Shown: in pieces, positions 28,101 to 38,129 of the stretch
How the letters are laid out: each line of letters opens with the position of its first letter
How positions within the stretch are numbered: position 1 is the first letter of the stretch
Source of the DNA: Escherichia coli
Lineage (GTDB): Bacteria > Pseudomonadota > Gammaproteobacteria > Enterobacterales > Enterobacteriaceae
Length of the DNA stretch: 64,000 nucleotides
Assembly: GCF_050320075.1 (NCBI RefSeq)
Contig: NZ_CP190021.1
Direction: 5' to 3' (one strand)
Notes under the pieces: generated by a model
Told to the model about the DNA's origin: nothing
Databases searched by the model: none
What the model saw: the letters and a program-made list of their open reading frames with translations, nothing else
Translations under genes and position numbers: made by a program

Positions 28101-28185
28101 ACTCAACAAAACTGCTTGCGACAGAGAAACGGGATAGCGTGTTCAGACAGTCTTCGATAGTGAAGATTAAACGGTTTATGTTCAT
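25141..28185 (-). CDS. traU: TraU (DotO/IcmB-like T4BSS ATPase)
   Basis: Starting at MNINRLIFTIEDC gives 1014 aa, the R64 TraU length as recalled. Walker A motif is PGDPGLGKS. The track ORF extends 31 codons further upstream. Confidence 0.88.
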   Translation of the reverse strand: MNINRLIFTIEDCLNTLSRFSVASSFVEYCDLRTVIGLDRQDRERRPWLNSPYIAATKRGEYLSVFEVSGAFREMDEASDQTGPGSLESLITSMSDSLNTAYKNSGHKISFVFERDPDMGKEEIEDMVAPQKRSLANTGIQLQDVVDEKVTTLSPWLVRERCWLAIWSGPDLISNSDRTAHDELVRRLAERVPKARFAQSPWQWTLSALKIRHEAFLDNVEQALRHSSDGLILRLLDIHEVGREIRRQTERHSTPRNWQPHLPEDAQPAGYRWTDDESVLHAPSLHLQLFNTQVTTQGNLVQAGGLWHGMVSITLPPQNLQTFNELVRAVPRAVPWRIRMDLMPGGMKALNLKKTLLTYSSFISAVRPMYESVMALAATDEKEPVCIMTIMASTWGKTREICTRNQAILKSAIEGWGVCGTTTTFGDPRRAWVNTILAASGGSGPVPLYPPLSHAISLFPLNRAGSVWRGKGNLMLHTEDGSAIEVGLASSQQNKHTELAPGDPGLGKSVLINTLSEIQISSAQKNLPFIAYIDKGYSAQGLVQLIRDSLPPERKDEAVGIILSNDPEYTRNLFDVMYGAKKPITPEKNFMSSVLCALCVDTGTGQPCNPGDTRQIINQLIELAFKEYGENNPRLYRASTEELVDSALQDSGLYEKHDATWWARSTWFEVRDMLHNAGYIMAAQRAHYQAMPQLPEVSSMLGHTSLRDVFGTVQRDGSNELLLDYIRRALEQGHNDYPMISGYTRFMINPETRVIAVDLNNVAGDKTPAGRLKTGIMYLLAGQIAGGDFTLPQYRDEVLKQLPREYHEIALKRINQLDQEVKTKVYDELHNARGIDFIWENLDTQEREQRKFAIRTVLSTQYLRDYPESVLKSANTLWLLRYKPEDIPVLRDNFNVPEFMLKRFLKMPEGPAPDGSGVPVLGVFRVKSGTLARILKFTVGPLELWALNSSPKDSALRKTLTNKLGSVRARKILAENFPRGSATSLIEHRAGQHNSDNVIEELASELIRKQGYNL

Positions 28186-28274
28186 AGGTGAGGGAACTCC
28201 GGACTTACAGGAGGGAGGTTTGTGCAGTTTGATTTTTTTAATGCCACCCCGCGCTGGAGTGGCATGAAGAAAAA

Positions 28275-29075
28275 TCAATCAACGTATTCTTTTTTGATGA
28301 ATGAATCTGGTGTCAGAATCAGGGCAATCCCGTTCATTTTTTCACGCAGGGGCGAACGACCGGAAGGTGGATAGCGACGAAAAACGTCAGCGAAATCGGC
28401 CGGGCGGAAACTGCGGAATTTATCCTCAACCGCCAGTCTGTTTTGCATCAGTGCAGAGAGCGCTTCCCGTCCCCGCCGGACCCGGAACTTATCATTACTG
28501 AAAACTTCCTGTAATGAACGACGGTTAAGGGCCACGACCGTGGATGGATGAAGGTCGGGTAGCCACACCATAACGCCCTGTGCTGCGGCATAACCATTCA
28601 GTGAATGCCAGGCGTGGCAGAAAGCACATAAGCTGTAAGGCGGGCCGTCTTCATGAAACAGTTCCTGCTCTTTCTCTGACAACGACTCTGTACTGGTGAT
28701 TTCAGCTTTCTGTACATGGCGGAGTGAAAGACGTCTGGCAGACAGACGGGCCTGCTCAAGCGCCCGTTCAGCGGCTTTTACTGCCGTGTTGTACTTTTCC
28801 TTTTCGCCGGTTGCGACTGGTTCACCACGCTTTTTTAACTTATCCAGATGTTCTGTGGCCTTATTAAGACGAACTCGTGTGTCACTGATTGTGTCGGTAA
28901 GCTGTCTGAGTGGCCATGAGTCATCCAGTCTGAAACGGTGCCTGACGTTTTGCCGGCAGCAGATACATCGACCGGGCGTTGTTAATTCCGGTTCCGGTAA
29001 CAGTGGCTCCTGTGTATGAACCACATCAATTTCTGGAAAGGGATACAACCACAAGTCTTTAATGCTGTGTTGCAT
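28275..29075 (-). CDS. traT: TraT (IncI1)
   Basis: 266 aa. Called from gene order. Confidence 0.75.
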   Translation of the reverse strand: MQHSIKDLWLYPFPEIDVVHTQEPLLPEPELTTPGRCICCRQNVRHRFRLDDSWPLRQLTDTISDTRVRLNKATEHLDKLKKRGEPVATGEKEKYNTAVKAAERALEQARLSARRLSLRHVQKAEITSTESLSEKEQELFHEDGPPYSLCAFCHAWHSLNGYAAAQGVMVWLPDLHPSTVVALNRRSLQEVFSNDKFRVRRGREALSALMQNRLAVEDKFRSFRPADFADVFRRYPPSGRSPLREKMNGIALILTPDSFIKKEYVD

Positions 29076-29247
29076 GAGCAGGCTCCGTACTGGTGTAACG
29101 TTTCACGGCTTCCAGAATGATGTTTGCGATTTCATCGGAACAGCATTCTGCAAAAATGAATTCCTGATCGTCCCGACTGTCGTGGGCAATCACATTGCCG
29201 TTTTCTGTTCGTCGTAACGTTATGTGCTCCGGGCTCCAGGCAGACAT
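29059..29247 (-). CDS. traS: TraS
   Basis: 62 aa. Overlaps the traT start. Confidence 0.6.
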   Translation of the reverse strand: MSAWSPEHITLRRTENGNVIAHDSRDDQEFIFAECCSDEIANIILEAVKRYTSTEPAHATQH

Positions 29248-29310
29248 ATGTGCCTCCTTGTATTGCCGAACAGGAAGGGCACCGGATAAATGCCAGTGCC
29301 CTGGACAGGA

Positions 29311-29715
29311 TTAGCCAATGGAAATTGAGGAAATCCCCAACTGTTTCTGGCTGCGACTCATCATTTCAGGTCCGGCGGCAAGTAGCGCCCCAATGACGAT
29401 AGATAGAATGCAACCAGCCAGTCCCATCCCCCCTTGTTTCCCAACTTTTTTCAGCCCAATCAGGCCCCCGAGAAACGCAATTACGCCGATGAACTGCGCA
29501 ATAGTCAGTGATGATGACTGTGCTGTTTTGGCACCTTGTTCGACATTGCGAACCATATCGGCAAGATCTCCATCGGCAAGAACGGCTTTGGGCAGCAACA
29601 TCATGGGAATGAGCAGCAGGAACTTAGTCAGTTTGCTCCGGCATGACATTACAAACAGTTGTGCGTGGATAAATGCGGCGTACAGACGGGCCGCTACGAC
29701 ACGAATACGTGACAT
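29311..29715 (-). CDS. traR: TraR (small membrane protein)
   Basis: 134-aa maximal ORF. The true start is possibly MSCRSKLTKFLLLIPMMLLPKAVLA, which looks like a signal sequence. Confidence 0.7.
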   Translation of the reverse strand: MSRIRVVAARLYAAFIHAQLFVMSCRSKLTKFLLLIPMMLLPKAVLADGDLADMVRNVEQGAKTAQSSSLTIAQFIGVIAFLGGLIGLKKVGKQGGMGLAGCILSIVIGALLAAGPEMMSRSQKQLGISSISIG

Positions 29716-29765
29716 AGTTTCTCCTTAAATGGATATATCAGTGGTTTATATGAAGGTGAAAAAAA

Positions 29766-30293
29766 TCAGAAGACGATTCCAATGCTTGCCAGCAGGGCAT
29801 TGAGGACACGATCGATAAAGACCAGCAGGACGCCGGCAATAAATTTGACGTTTCCCTTACTGACGGATTCACTGGCACTCAGTGCGGTATGTCCATCGAG
29901 TCCGGCCTTGCGCCAGATGGATATCCCGTTCATTACAAATCCAACACCGGCCAGCTTGGCCAGCGACAGAACTGCATTTGCTGCGCCAGCAGCAGCGCCA
30001 AACGTCTGAGGTTGTACATATGCAATCGGGCCAAATGAGTCAGCCCTGAATCCCATTTGTACGCCTCCGGCGTTAATCATTGCCGGGAGTGATACGAGCA
30101 TGCAGCTGGTTAACATCCCCGCAATAAATTTTCCGGGAGACATTTTTACCGGACCGGCTGAACGGGCGCGGGCAAACAGGGTAATCATGCTGATCACCCC
30201 GATGAATTCTCCCCAGGTAAACAGGAAATCCATTCCGGCACTGAAAATACTGCTGGCAAAGTTCTCAATGGCGGTCAGGGCATCCATGTTCAT
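29766..30293 (-). CDS. traQ: TraQ (DotE/IcmC-like membrane protein)
   Basis: 175 aa with multiple TM segments. Confidence 0.78.
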   Translation of the reverse strand: MNMDALTAIENFASSIFSAGMDFLFTWGEFIGVISMITLFARARSAGPVKMSPGKFIAGMLTSCMLVSLPAMINAGGVQMGFRADSFGPIAYVQPQTFGAAAGAANAVLSLAKLAGVGFVMNGISIWRKAGLDGHTALSASESVSKGNVKFIAGVLLVFIDRVLNALLASIGIVF

Positions 30294-30997
30294 CAGCGTA
30301 ACGTCCCTGCACTGGTGATGATGGTCCGGGTAGTCGGATCAATCCGCTGGATCACCACATTGCCCAGCGTCTGACCTTCTCTGACAGCCCAGGTACTACC
30401 CTGCCAGCGAATCCAGGCCATACCAGTTTCCATCGACATGATTTTCATTCCGTTAAGTACAGACGACGTTTTTTTCTTTGCTGGATGCGGTGTGGAAGAG
30501 GATTCAGTGACGCTTTTCTGTGTCATTATTCCGTTCAGGCGGCTCCGGATATCATCCAGCTGACGGCGTGTTTCCTGTGCGTATTCTTCATCCTTTTTTA
30601 TAGCTTCGCCCAGCTTGTTAATGCTGTCGTGAAGCATATTCAGTGTTGCCTGAATTTTTTCATCGCGGTTATCCAGCTCTGTTTTTACATCCCGGGCAAG
30701 CTGGCTCATATCTTCTCCTGTCCGGACAGTCATAGTCTCAGTGGACTGAACGGAAGGTGATGATTCTTGTGTGGTTTGCCAGGTCTGTACGCCAGCATCC
30801 GCATCATTAAACGGAGGCATGCCTGTTTCCGATGGCGCTCTCAGGAACAGATACCATATGGCTGCGAGCAACACGACTGCACATAGCCCCCATGTTGCTA
30901 CAGATATCCCCCAGACGGAACGTTTCCAGAAGGGGGCGGGTTTCTCTTCGGGTTCACCGAAGCTGCCGGTTTCATCTATTTCTGTTTCAGGTTTCAT
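30293..30997 (-). CDS. traP: TraP
   Basis: 234 aa with a single TM segment and a coiled-coil region. Confidence 0.75.
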   Translation of the reverse strand: MKPETEIDETGSFGEPEEKPAPFWKRSVWGISVATWGLCAVVLLAAIWYLFLRAPSETGMPPFNDADAGVQTWQTTQESSPSVQSTETMTVRTGEDMSQLARDVKTELDNRDEKIQATLNMLHDSINKLGEAIKKDEEYAQETRRQLDDIRSRLNGIMTQKSVTESSSTPHPAKKKTSSVLNGMKIMSMETGMAWIRWQGSTWAVREGQTLGNVVIQRIDPTTRTIITSAGTLR

Positions 30998-32286
30998 TAT
31001 GGTGTCTCCGGTTGTTCATCATACCGACGTTGCATCACAGCTTTTCTTTGCTCCATGGCTGTCTGCATTCGTGCCTGCGAGCGTTGTTCCGCCTGTGATG
31101 TACGATTAACTGAAGGGGAAATGCCACTGGAAAGGGAAGATGACCTGGCGTCGTTTGTCATTACCGGGTCAACAAACAGAATTGATACGACTTCATGCTG
31201 ATACACTTCTACCTGTTTATAGGGCTCACTTTCTGCCTGGCGGGTTAATATCTGACTTCCTCTTTCCGCCATACCACCGGCAATAACGCCCGCAACAGCT
31301 TCACCACTGGGCATTCCCACGCGTCCGGTAACCGTGCCATAGTTACCCTGAATAACCTGCGTGTTGGCATCTTTATAAAGTGTGCCAATACTGCCCACAC
31401 CTCCTAACACTGACGGCAGAATGATATGTTTAAACCAGCGTGTATTCACATTGCTGGCCACGGATGACATCAGGTTGTCTTCCCGTTGAGCATATGCATT
31501 GACCTTAAGGTCCATGCCGTTCCAGCTCATCCGGTCGAAATGGATCTCCACGCCGTTACCCACCAGTTTGACTCCCGGACTGAACAGCGTTGCCCCTGCC
31601 CAGGGGCCAGCGGGAATGGTTGCGATAACCTTGGATGACGGGTTATCAGAATCCACTGCAGTATCAATATATGCCGGTATACGGGTCAGGGCAGGTATCA
31701 GTTGTATCCCTTTTTCTGCTACAGGCGTGGACAGGCTGGCATTCTGTAATGCGAATTGCTGCGTACCATTCTGCCCTGTTGTTTCTGCCGGAGATTTATT
31801 CCACATAGTCGTTGCTATGGTTGGTGTACTACCGGCAGGATGCTGATCTTTTATTCTTACAATCAGCTTTTGCAGCCGTTCCATACGCTTTTCACTGGCT
31901 GCTCGATCCTCCTGTGGTGTGCCGGAAGCCTGGCGATAAGCATAGTTTTCCGGTTTTGCTGCAGGCTGTTGTTGCTTTTCCGGAGTGTCCGGAATATCAA
32001 GCCCCTGCGGAAGACTGGCAATGAACGTCTGATTATTGCGGGCTGCCGCCGCAGCCCCTCGTTCATTATCCGCTCTTAACAGTTCACGATAGTGAGGCGT
32101 TTCGGTAACGCTGCGCGTACCGCCACTTGCAGCACTGTTTATGTTCACGGCTGACTGCATATCGCTGTTACTCCCTGATACTTTGGAAAACGCGATATAG
32201 CTGCCGCCAAATAAGATGATGCTGCTCAGCCCAAGCAGGGCAGCCAGTTTCTTTCCGGATTTACCGGCATCCTGTTCAGCACTCAT
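30997..32286 (-). CDS. traO: TraO (DotG/IcmE-like, VirB10-type C-terminus)
   Basis: 429 aa. Called from gene order. Confidence 0.82.
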   Translation of the reverse strand: MSAEQDAGKSGKKLAALLGLSSIILFGGSYIAFSKVSGSNSDMQSAVNINSAASGGTRSVTETPHYRELLRADNERGAAAAARNNQTFIASLPQGLDIPDTPEKQQQPAAKPENYAYRQASGTPQEDRAASEKRMERLQKLIVRIKDQHPAGSTPTIATTMWNKSPAETTGQNGTQQFALQNASLSTPVAEKGIQLIPALTRIPAYIDTAVDSDNPSSKVIATIPAGPWAGATLFSPGVKLVGNGVEIHFDRMSWNGMDLKVNAYAQREDNLMSSVASNVNTRWFKHIILPSVLGGVGSIGTLYKDANTQVIQGNYGTVTGRVGMPSGEAVAGVIAGGMAERGSQILTRQAESEPYKQVEVYQHEVVSILFVDPVMTNDARSSSLSSGISPSVNRTSQAEQRSQARMQTAMEQRKAVMQRRYDEQPETP

Positions 32287-32288
32287 GA

Positions 32289-33272
32289 TTACTCCAGTTC
32301 TGGTGTCACGTGAACGGACTGGCCATTCACAGAGAAAGTCAGTAGTGGGGTGACGGGAAGCTTCCAGAGATGAGTTCCGTCGGCAGAGGACAAGGTCTGT
32401 TCAAATTCATCGCGCAATATCGCCCGGGAACGAACCAGAAGGTCATCGCCGTGTTGCCAGATCGTTGTATCCGGGACATTACCTGTGAATTTCAGCCTCT
32501 TAACTGAAGGGTCCCGGGGAGGAATACCATCCAGAAATGCCTGTAATGTTGCATCATGCAGGGCGATTTTATCCGTCGGGATGGAGACAACCGGGCTGGT
32601 TGGTCCCTGCCGTGGTATTCGCAGATCCAGACGACTGTCCATTTCCTGACTGGATGACGGCGTATCTGTTTCGCCACTGGTTACGTTCAGGATGACCGGT
32701 ACCGACAGACCTTTCAGGTAGACAGAAATGTTTCCGGATGCCCATGGCCGCAATGGTGTGATTGTCACCATGTTCTCGTTGTACTGCACATCAAAGAGTT
32801 TTGGTGCCGCGTTATAAGGAGGATCGGATTGTGGCCATGGTGAACCGTTGATATCGGTAAATGTCACTACGCTCAGGTTGTTCATGGCTGTGCGAACAAG
32901 AGGAAGGCTGGCACCGGGGGACAGATTAACTGTCAGAGAGCTGATACGGGGTACAACACTGGTGATGGGCGCATTGATGGCCCGCTCGTTATCCGCCATG
33001 AGACTGCGTAGTGAGCGAATCTCATCGGCGGAGAGCTCAGAATCAAGTCTTGCCGCATCCTGTACCAGCGGGCTGGCCTGCCCGGGGGCAGGCAGCTCAC
33101 CTTTTACCAGTGTTGCCGGAACACCTCCGGTGTTTTGGGAGGCGTTCTGAACGTGATCGCTGGCAGAATTTGTCGTTTGTGGTGTGCGTGCGTTCTGCCA
33201 TCCTGCGTTATCGGCAGACGTGGCGGCGCTGCACACCAGGAGCAGTGTGCTCAGTAAATAACGTGATTGCAT
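32289..33272 (-). CDS. traN: TraN (DotH/IcmK-like outer-membrane core component)
   Basis: 327 aa with a signal peptide. Confidence 0.82.
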   Translation of the reverse strand: MQSRYLLSTLLLVCSAATSADNAGWQNARTPQTTNSASDHVQNASQNTGGVPATLVKGELPAPGQASPLVQDAARLDSELSADEIRSLRSLMADNERAINAPITSVVPRISSLTVNLSPGASLPLVRTAMNNLSVVTFTDINGSPWPQSDPPYNAAPKLFDVQYNENMVTITPLRPWASGNISVYLKGLSVPVILNVTSGETDTPSSSQEMDSRLDLRIPRQGPTSPVVSIPTDKIALHDATLQAFLDGIPPRDPSVKRLKFTGNVPDTTIWQHGDDLLVRSRAILRDEFEQTLSSADGTHLWKLPVTPLLTFSVNGQSVHVTPELE

Positions 33273-33282
33273 ATTACTTATC

Positions 33283-33975
33283 TCAGGAGTTCGGTCCGGC
33301 GTTACGGGAGATCATCTGCCGGATTTCCATACCGGATGGTTTCAGTCTGGGGTCAACACGCTGGATGGTGATTTCGAAAACAAAAGACTGTTCTGGCTTG
33401 CTGGTTGTCTGGCCGACCAGACGCATACGGACAGGATACTGAAATGTCCAGAACCATACGCCGTCGGACATTTGTCCCTGTCGTACCAGAACGCCAGCGC
33501 CTGTCGTGGCGGTCAGATTCATCTTCTCTTTCTTGATCGTCTCCAGAATGTTAGATGCCTGTAATGCATTCACATATCCGGCAAAACCTTCGTCAGAAAA
33601 ACGCGGAGACAGGGAGGAAATCTGTGAACGATAGTGCACAAAATCCAGGTTGAATGCGGTCGCCAGTGCCTGGCTGCCAAAGGCCATTGCGTCATTCTGA
33701 CTCCATGCTGGCTGATTTGTTGGTGCCAGCCTGACCAGACGACCATTGTCTGTAGCGAAATATTCGCGCTCCACATTCGTTGAGTGCCAGTACTGAATGG
33801 CGTTGCCAGTAATACTGATAAGAAGACATGTGCCCGTACATAAAAGCGCTTTTATCAGCGCAGGGACATTATTTGCCCGCTGTTCTGACTGCTTCATAGC
33901 CCTGATTGTGCTCTTCAGTATTTCCGGGTCAGGTGCCGGATGTGATGGCGAGGATAGCTCGGTATTTTCGGTCAT
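33283..33975 (-). CDS. traM: TraM (DotI/IcmL-like)
   Basis: 230 aa with one TM segment. Confidence 0.8.
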   Translation of the reverse strand: MTENTELSSPSHPAPDPEILKSTIRAMKQSEQRANNVPALIKALLCTGTCLLISITGNAIQYWHSTNVEREYFATDNGRLVRLAPTNQPAWSQNDAMAFGSQALATAFNLDFVHYRSQISSLSPRFSDEGFAGYVNALQASNILETIKKEKMNLTATTGAGVLVRQGQMSDGVWFWTFQYPVRMRLVGQTTSKPEQSFVFEITIQRVDPRLKPSGMEIRQMISRNAGPNS

Positions 33976-34319
33976 AGGTTGTAGTCCTTCCAGGGATCAA
34001 TATTCCCCGGCAGCTTTTCATTCACCTTGTCCACGACCGCGTCGCAGACCTGGTTTTCCAGCTGCGACAGAATGTCGTCAAGGCTGGGGAACTGGGGGAG
34101 GTTTATGCTGATTTTTTTGATTCGTGACAGACAGGACTGCAGGGATGAGGAAACATCGTTTTCACGTTGTGACCATGCATCCGCAGCTGCACGTGCTCGC
34201 TCATATCCTGTATTACTACCGGCCTGTGCCGCGCTACCCGCACGACAGGTTGCAGCACTTGCCGTGGATGAAATCAGGATAAGGCCGAGCACGGCAACCA
34301 GAGACTTATGCATGTTCAT
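33972..34319 (-). CDS. traL: TraL
   Basis: 115 aa with a signal peptide. Confidence 0.75.
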   Translation of the reverse strand: MNMHKSLVAVLGLILISSTASAATCRAGSAAQAGSNTGYERARAAADAWSQRENDVSSSLQSCLSRIKKISINLPQFPSLDDILSQLENQVCDAVVDKVNEKLPGNIDPWKDYNL

Positions 34320-34336
34320 ATGGCTTCCTTACCGGC

Positions 34337-37300
34337 TCATCGGCCGGGGCTGTGGGAGAGATCCTGATGCAGAGTTTTTTCCTGCCTGTCCTCCGGCTTT
34401 TGGCTGTTGGACCACTGCTGCCATGACTGCTCGAAGCCCAGGTTCCGGTACAACGCATCAGGTTGTTTTTCCGGCGTGTAGACAGCAGCAAAAAGCGGTT
34501 CTTCCCGGGTTTTCAGATGAAACTGCATAAGCTCCGGTGCGGGGCGATTCGTGCTGTCAGCATCGTGGTTTACCGCTTCACCATAACCTGCAAAGCGTAA
34601 ACCTTTGTCGGTCAGCGCATTGATAACCAACTGACTGTTGTCGGCCGATGGGGTGGCCAGTGCCGGATACAATGTGCCGTTCAGCCGGACCACACCCTGC
34701 AGATGTTCATCGGCACTCTGGACAAGTAGCAGGTTGAGTTCACGCGTATCCTTATCCACTGATCCCAGAACAGGTGTCAGCTTGTCAGGGGCTGCGCTGG
34801 TTATTTCTGTTACCTGATTTGCGTTCTGTGGCGCGGAGACCGGATGTCGGTCTTCACCGATAAACAGATGTGAGCCGACGTTTTCTGGCATACGTAACGC
34901 TTTCATCTCTTCGGGCCACCCCTGGCTGATTTGCGCAGCCACTTTCATAAAGGTTTCGACCGGAATCGCCTGAATACGCTGACCTTTATCCGGATTATCA
35001 TGTGATACCGAGATCCCGTTGGTAACTGACTCCATGGACCACTTATTCCGGAAACGTGCTTTTTGCTCACCAGGGAGAATGAATTGTTCGCGGTTCTGAA
35101 GTGTCAGTGTCACCACGTCACCTTTCTGATGGTTTTTGACCAGACTTTCCAGTTGTTCCCCCCAGTAGAGTTTGCTGCCACTGCGGTTTTTAAGCTCAAC
35201 AAAGAAACTCTCTCCTTTGCCGGGTGCATATTCAGCACGACCAAAATTGTGCAGTACGGCAGTCACGCTCTCTCCCGGGCGAAGTTTTCCTGGTGGTTCT
35301 TCACCTTGTGCCGCATCTGCCGTTTTGCCAGGTTCAGCCGGTGATGATGCAGGGACGGTGCTGACGGTTGATGCTTCAGGGGCAACTGGGGACGCCGGGG
35401 ATTGTGTGGCTTCTTTTTCCTGAACGGGGTCAGGGACAACCGGTTGTTCAGGGGTATTCCGGTTAAGTTCCGGCGTTGGCTGATGGGTGACAACAGCATC
35501 CTTACCGACAGCCATTTCCTTACGTAATGTATCGAGCTCCAGACGCTGATCAGCGTGTTTCATGCGCACATTGATGTTGTGCTCGATAATCAACCGCATC
35601 GCTTTTTGCTTAAAGGCATCACTGCCTGTCAGCTCAATGACGCCACCATAGAAATTAGTGGCCACAGCAAGTGCGGCCAGAACACTGCGATCGTCATTGC
35701 TGGCACCGTCGACCATTTCCAGCCGGTTTACCCGGTCAATGAAGGCTGGTTTGCCATCCAGCTTGTACAGGACGGTTCTGTCTGCTCGTTTTTCACCCTT
35801 CAGTGATTTTATGATTTCGTCCAGATTAAGCGATATCGGTGCATCAGGACGTTCCGGGGCGTAGACAATACTGTCAGGTGTCGGTGTGGTCGTCGTGGTT
35901 TCCGGTGAGGGCGTGGGATCACTGTTCTCATGTGCCTGTGAATCCGTTTTTTTACGCGTAAAAAAGCCACGCGCTTTGTCGAGAAACGATGAAGTATTAT
36001 CAGAAGGTGATGTGCTCTGAACAGGTTGCTGTGGATTGGGTTCATCCCGGACAGCCGGTTCTGCAGTATCTGTTGTGGCCTGAAGTTCTGACTCATCTGC
36101 CTGAACGTGGTCTGTGTCCGGTTGCGACGGCATATCACTGTTTTCCTGCAGATGCTCAGGATTTTCATTGTTCATCAGCTCCTGATATGCGCTGTAGTTT
36201 TCGTATTCTTCGGGGCCATCTGACTCAGGAAGGAACGGCTCTGGCTGAAGGGGAATGTCTTCAGTTACATGGCTGACCGCCTCTTCCCGGGGAGTATCCG
36301 GGGATATTCCGGTGCTTTGTTTGTCATCAGGCTCCGTCATCACGGTCATTTCCTCTTTGACTGCATCAGGGGAAGGTGATGGCTCGGCTGATTCATTCAT
36401 GGTTTCAGATGAGGGACTGTCTTCAGGGGATGCGGGGGCGGCAGCAGGGGCCGGTATTTCAGGTGAAGTGCCGGATTCCTGTTGTGACTCGTTTTTTTCC
36501 GGTTGTGACAGTTCGGCTTCAAATTCACGCCAGTCTTTATCTGTGGCCACCGAGACAACTTTTTCCGGAGGTTCCGCCGGATGAGCGGGTTCATCAGGGG
36601 CAGATGCCGTTGTACTTTCCGGGGACGCCGGTGATTCTGCAGGGGAGTCCTGAACTACAGAGCTTTCCGTTTGCGCCTGAACGTTATCAGCGTGCCGCTC
36701 ATCTTTGCCGTTATTTTCAGTGGCGTGACTGGTAAATGACTGTGTTTCGTCAGCAATGTTACTGCTGGAAGCAGCTGGTTGTTCCTGCTGCGTGGCGGAC
36801 GGCAGAGAAGGTCCCTGGTCATGGCTGTGCCCTGTATCGGGTGATGTTTCAGGATATTCTGTCGGAGTCATGGTTTTTTCCTCAGTGTGGACCGGTGTAA
36901 AAACGAGGTTGCCGATCACCAGTGCCTCGCGGATTTCCGGGGTGTTACTGTTGGGGGTGGAAACCCCGATGTGTTCTAACTGGGCGTTGATGACATGCTG
37001 AAAAGCGGCCCGTCCCCGGCTTGCGTCCAGGTCATTGAAATCGGTCAGCCCCTGCGCTTTTTCGGCATCGGTGAACGCAGGAAAGATGACCGTTCCTCCT
37101 GTCAGTTCTGCGGCTTTTGTTGCACTGACGATACCTTTGTTAACCCGGATTGCATGATCGTTGTCGGCACAGAAGATAAAGGGGCTTTGCGTCCACTTTT
37201 GCCGGGCATTTTCGGCAACGGCAATCATGTTGCCTCCATCCACCGTCATCAGTACCGGAAGGCCCGTGGCTTCGTGCAGGGAGGCCGCAGTGGCATAGCC

Positions 37301-38104
37301 CTCGGCAAACAGTACCGGCTGACCGTTGCGCGGTGTGCCCAGCGCAAACCAGTTACCGGTTTTCTCTGAATCTTTCAGGATGCGGGCATCCTTCCCCCCG
37401 GTGACCGGAATACGCTGGTAAGAGCGTATCGCGCCGTTACGGTTACTGAAGGGAATAACCAGTTCATTTTTGTTGTTTACCCGCACCCCCGGTGCAGCCT
37501 GAATGCCTTTCCGGGTCAGGTATTCATGTGCTGTGGCCTGCGGCCATTTGTTGACATAGCGGCGGGCATACGCGGCCTGTCGGTTGTACTGTGCTTTCAG
37601 TTCCCGCTCCGCGTCCTCCCTGCGTTGCATTGAATGCGCTTTCAGGTGGAGTCTTGCGCGGGGATCTGTCTGTTCTCCGCCGGAGAAGGTCCAGGTGATC
37701 GGCGAATCATCCGCGCTGCGATAATCCCTGTACCAGCCGGCAGGTCTGCCGTCCAGGAATCCGCGATATGCGCCACTTTTTTGTCCTTTTTTGTCATCGG
37801 CAGTCGGGACACGGTGGATTTTCCCGTCCATGACCGGCAGTTCTTTCAGAACCAGTCCGGCATTCTCCAGAACCTGGGCAAACTCGGTGACCGGATCACT
37901 GCCGTTCATGGAGACGTCCTGTGGCCGGGGCAGCCAGCGGTCCAGCCTGGACAGGTCCGCCCCCGGGCGGGCGAACCAGAGTTTGTGCTCCTTGTCCCAG
38001 ATGACGGGCGTGTGCCCGTTCATCGGGGGATGTGCTTTTTTGAGATCTTCTATTTCATCTGCAGGCACGGCAAGCCAGGTGCGGTAGCGGGATACAGACG
38101 GCAT
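34337..38104 (-). CDS. sogL: SogL DNA primase (SogS produced from an in-frame internal start; transferred to recipients)
   Basis: Start at MPSVSRYRTW after AGGAG gives 1255 aa, the SogL length as recalled. There is an N-terminal Toprim/primase region and a roughly 400-aa Pro/Glu/Ser/Thr-rich acidic linker (about 35.9-36.9 kb). Confidence 0.9.
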   Translation of the reverse strand: MPSVSRYRTWLAVPADEIEDLKKAHPPMNGHTPVIWDKEHKLWFARPGADLSRLDRWLPRPQDVSMNGSDPVTEFAQVLENAGLVLKELPVMDGKIHRVPTADDKKGQKSGAYRGFLDGRPAGWYRDYRSADDSPITWTFSGGEQTDPRARLHLKAHSMQRREDAERELKAQYNRQAAYARRYVNKWPQATAHEYLTRKGIQAAPGVRVNNKNELVIPFSNRNGAIRSYQRIPVTGGKDARILKDSEKTGNWFALGTPRNGQPVLFAEGYATAASLHEATGLPVLMTVDGGNMIAVAENARQKWTQSPFIFCADNDHAIRVNKGIVSATKAAELTGGTVIFPAFTDAEKAQGLTDFNDLDASRGRAAFQHVINAQLEHIGVSTPNSNTPEIREALVIGNLVFTPVHTEEKTMTPTEYPETSPDTGHSHDQGPSLPSATQQEQPAASSSNIADETQSFTSHATENNGKDERHADNVQAQTESSVVQDSPAESPASPESTTASAPDEPAHPAEPPEKVVSVATDKDWREFEAELSQPEKNESQQESGTSPEIPAPAAAPASPEDSPSSETMNESAEPSPSPDAVKEEMTVMTEPDDKQSTGISPDTPREEAVSHVTEDIPLQPEPFLPESDGPEEYENYSAYQELMNNENPEHLQENSDMPSQPDTDHVQADESELQATTDTAEPAVRDEPNPQQPVQSTSPSDNTSSFLDKARGFFTRKKTDSQAHENSDPTPSPETTTTTPTPDSIVYAPERPDAPISLNLDEIIKSLKGEKRADRTVLYKLDGKPAFIDRVNRLEMVDGASNDDRSVLAALAVATNFYGGVIELTGSDAFKQKAMRLIIEHNINVRMKHADQRLELDTLRKEMAVGKDAVVTHQPTPELNRNTPEQPVVPDPVQEKEATQSPASPVAPEASTVSTVPASSPAEPGKTADAAQGEEPPGKLRPGESVTAVLHNFGRAEYAPGKGESFFVELKNRSGSKLYWGEQLESLVKNHQKGDVVTLTLQNREQFILPGEQKARFRNKWSMESVTNGISVSHDNPDKGQRIQAIPVETFMKVAAQISQGWPEEMKALRMPENVGSHLFIGEDRHPVSAPQNANQVTEITSAAPDKLTPVLGSVDKDTRELNLLLVQSADEHLQGVVRLNGTLYPALATPSADNSQLVINALTDKGLRFAGYGEAVNHDADSTNRPAPELMQFHLKTREEPLFAAVYTPEKQPDALYRNLGFEQSWQQWSNSQKPEDRQEKTLHQDLSHSPGR

Positions 38105-38129
38105 GAGTGCTTCTCCTGAAAAAAGACGG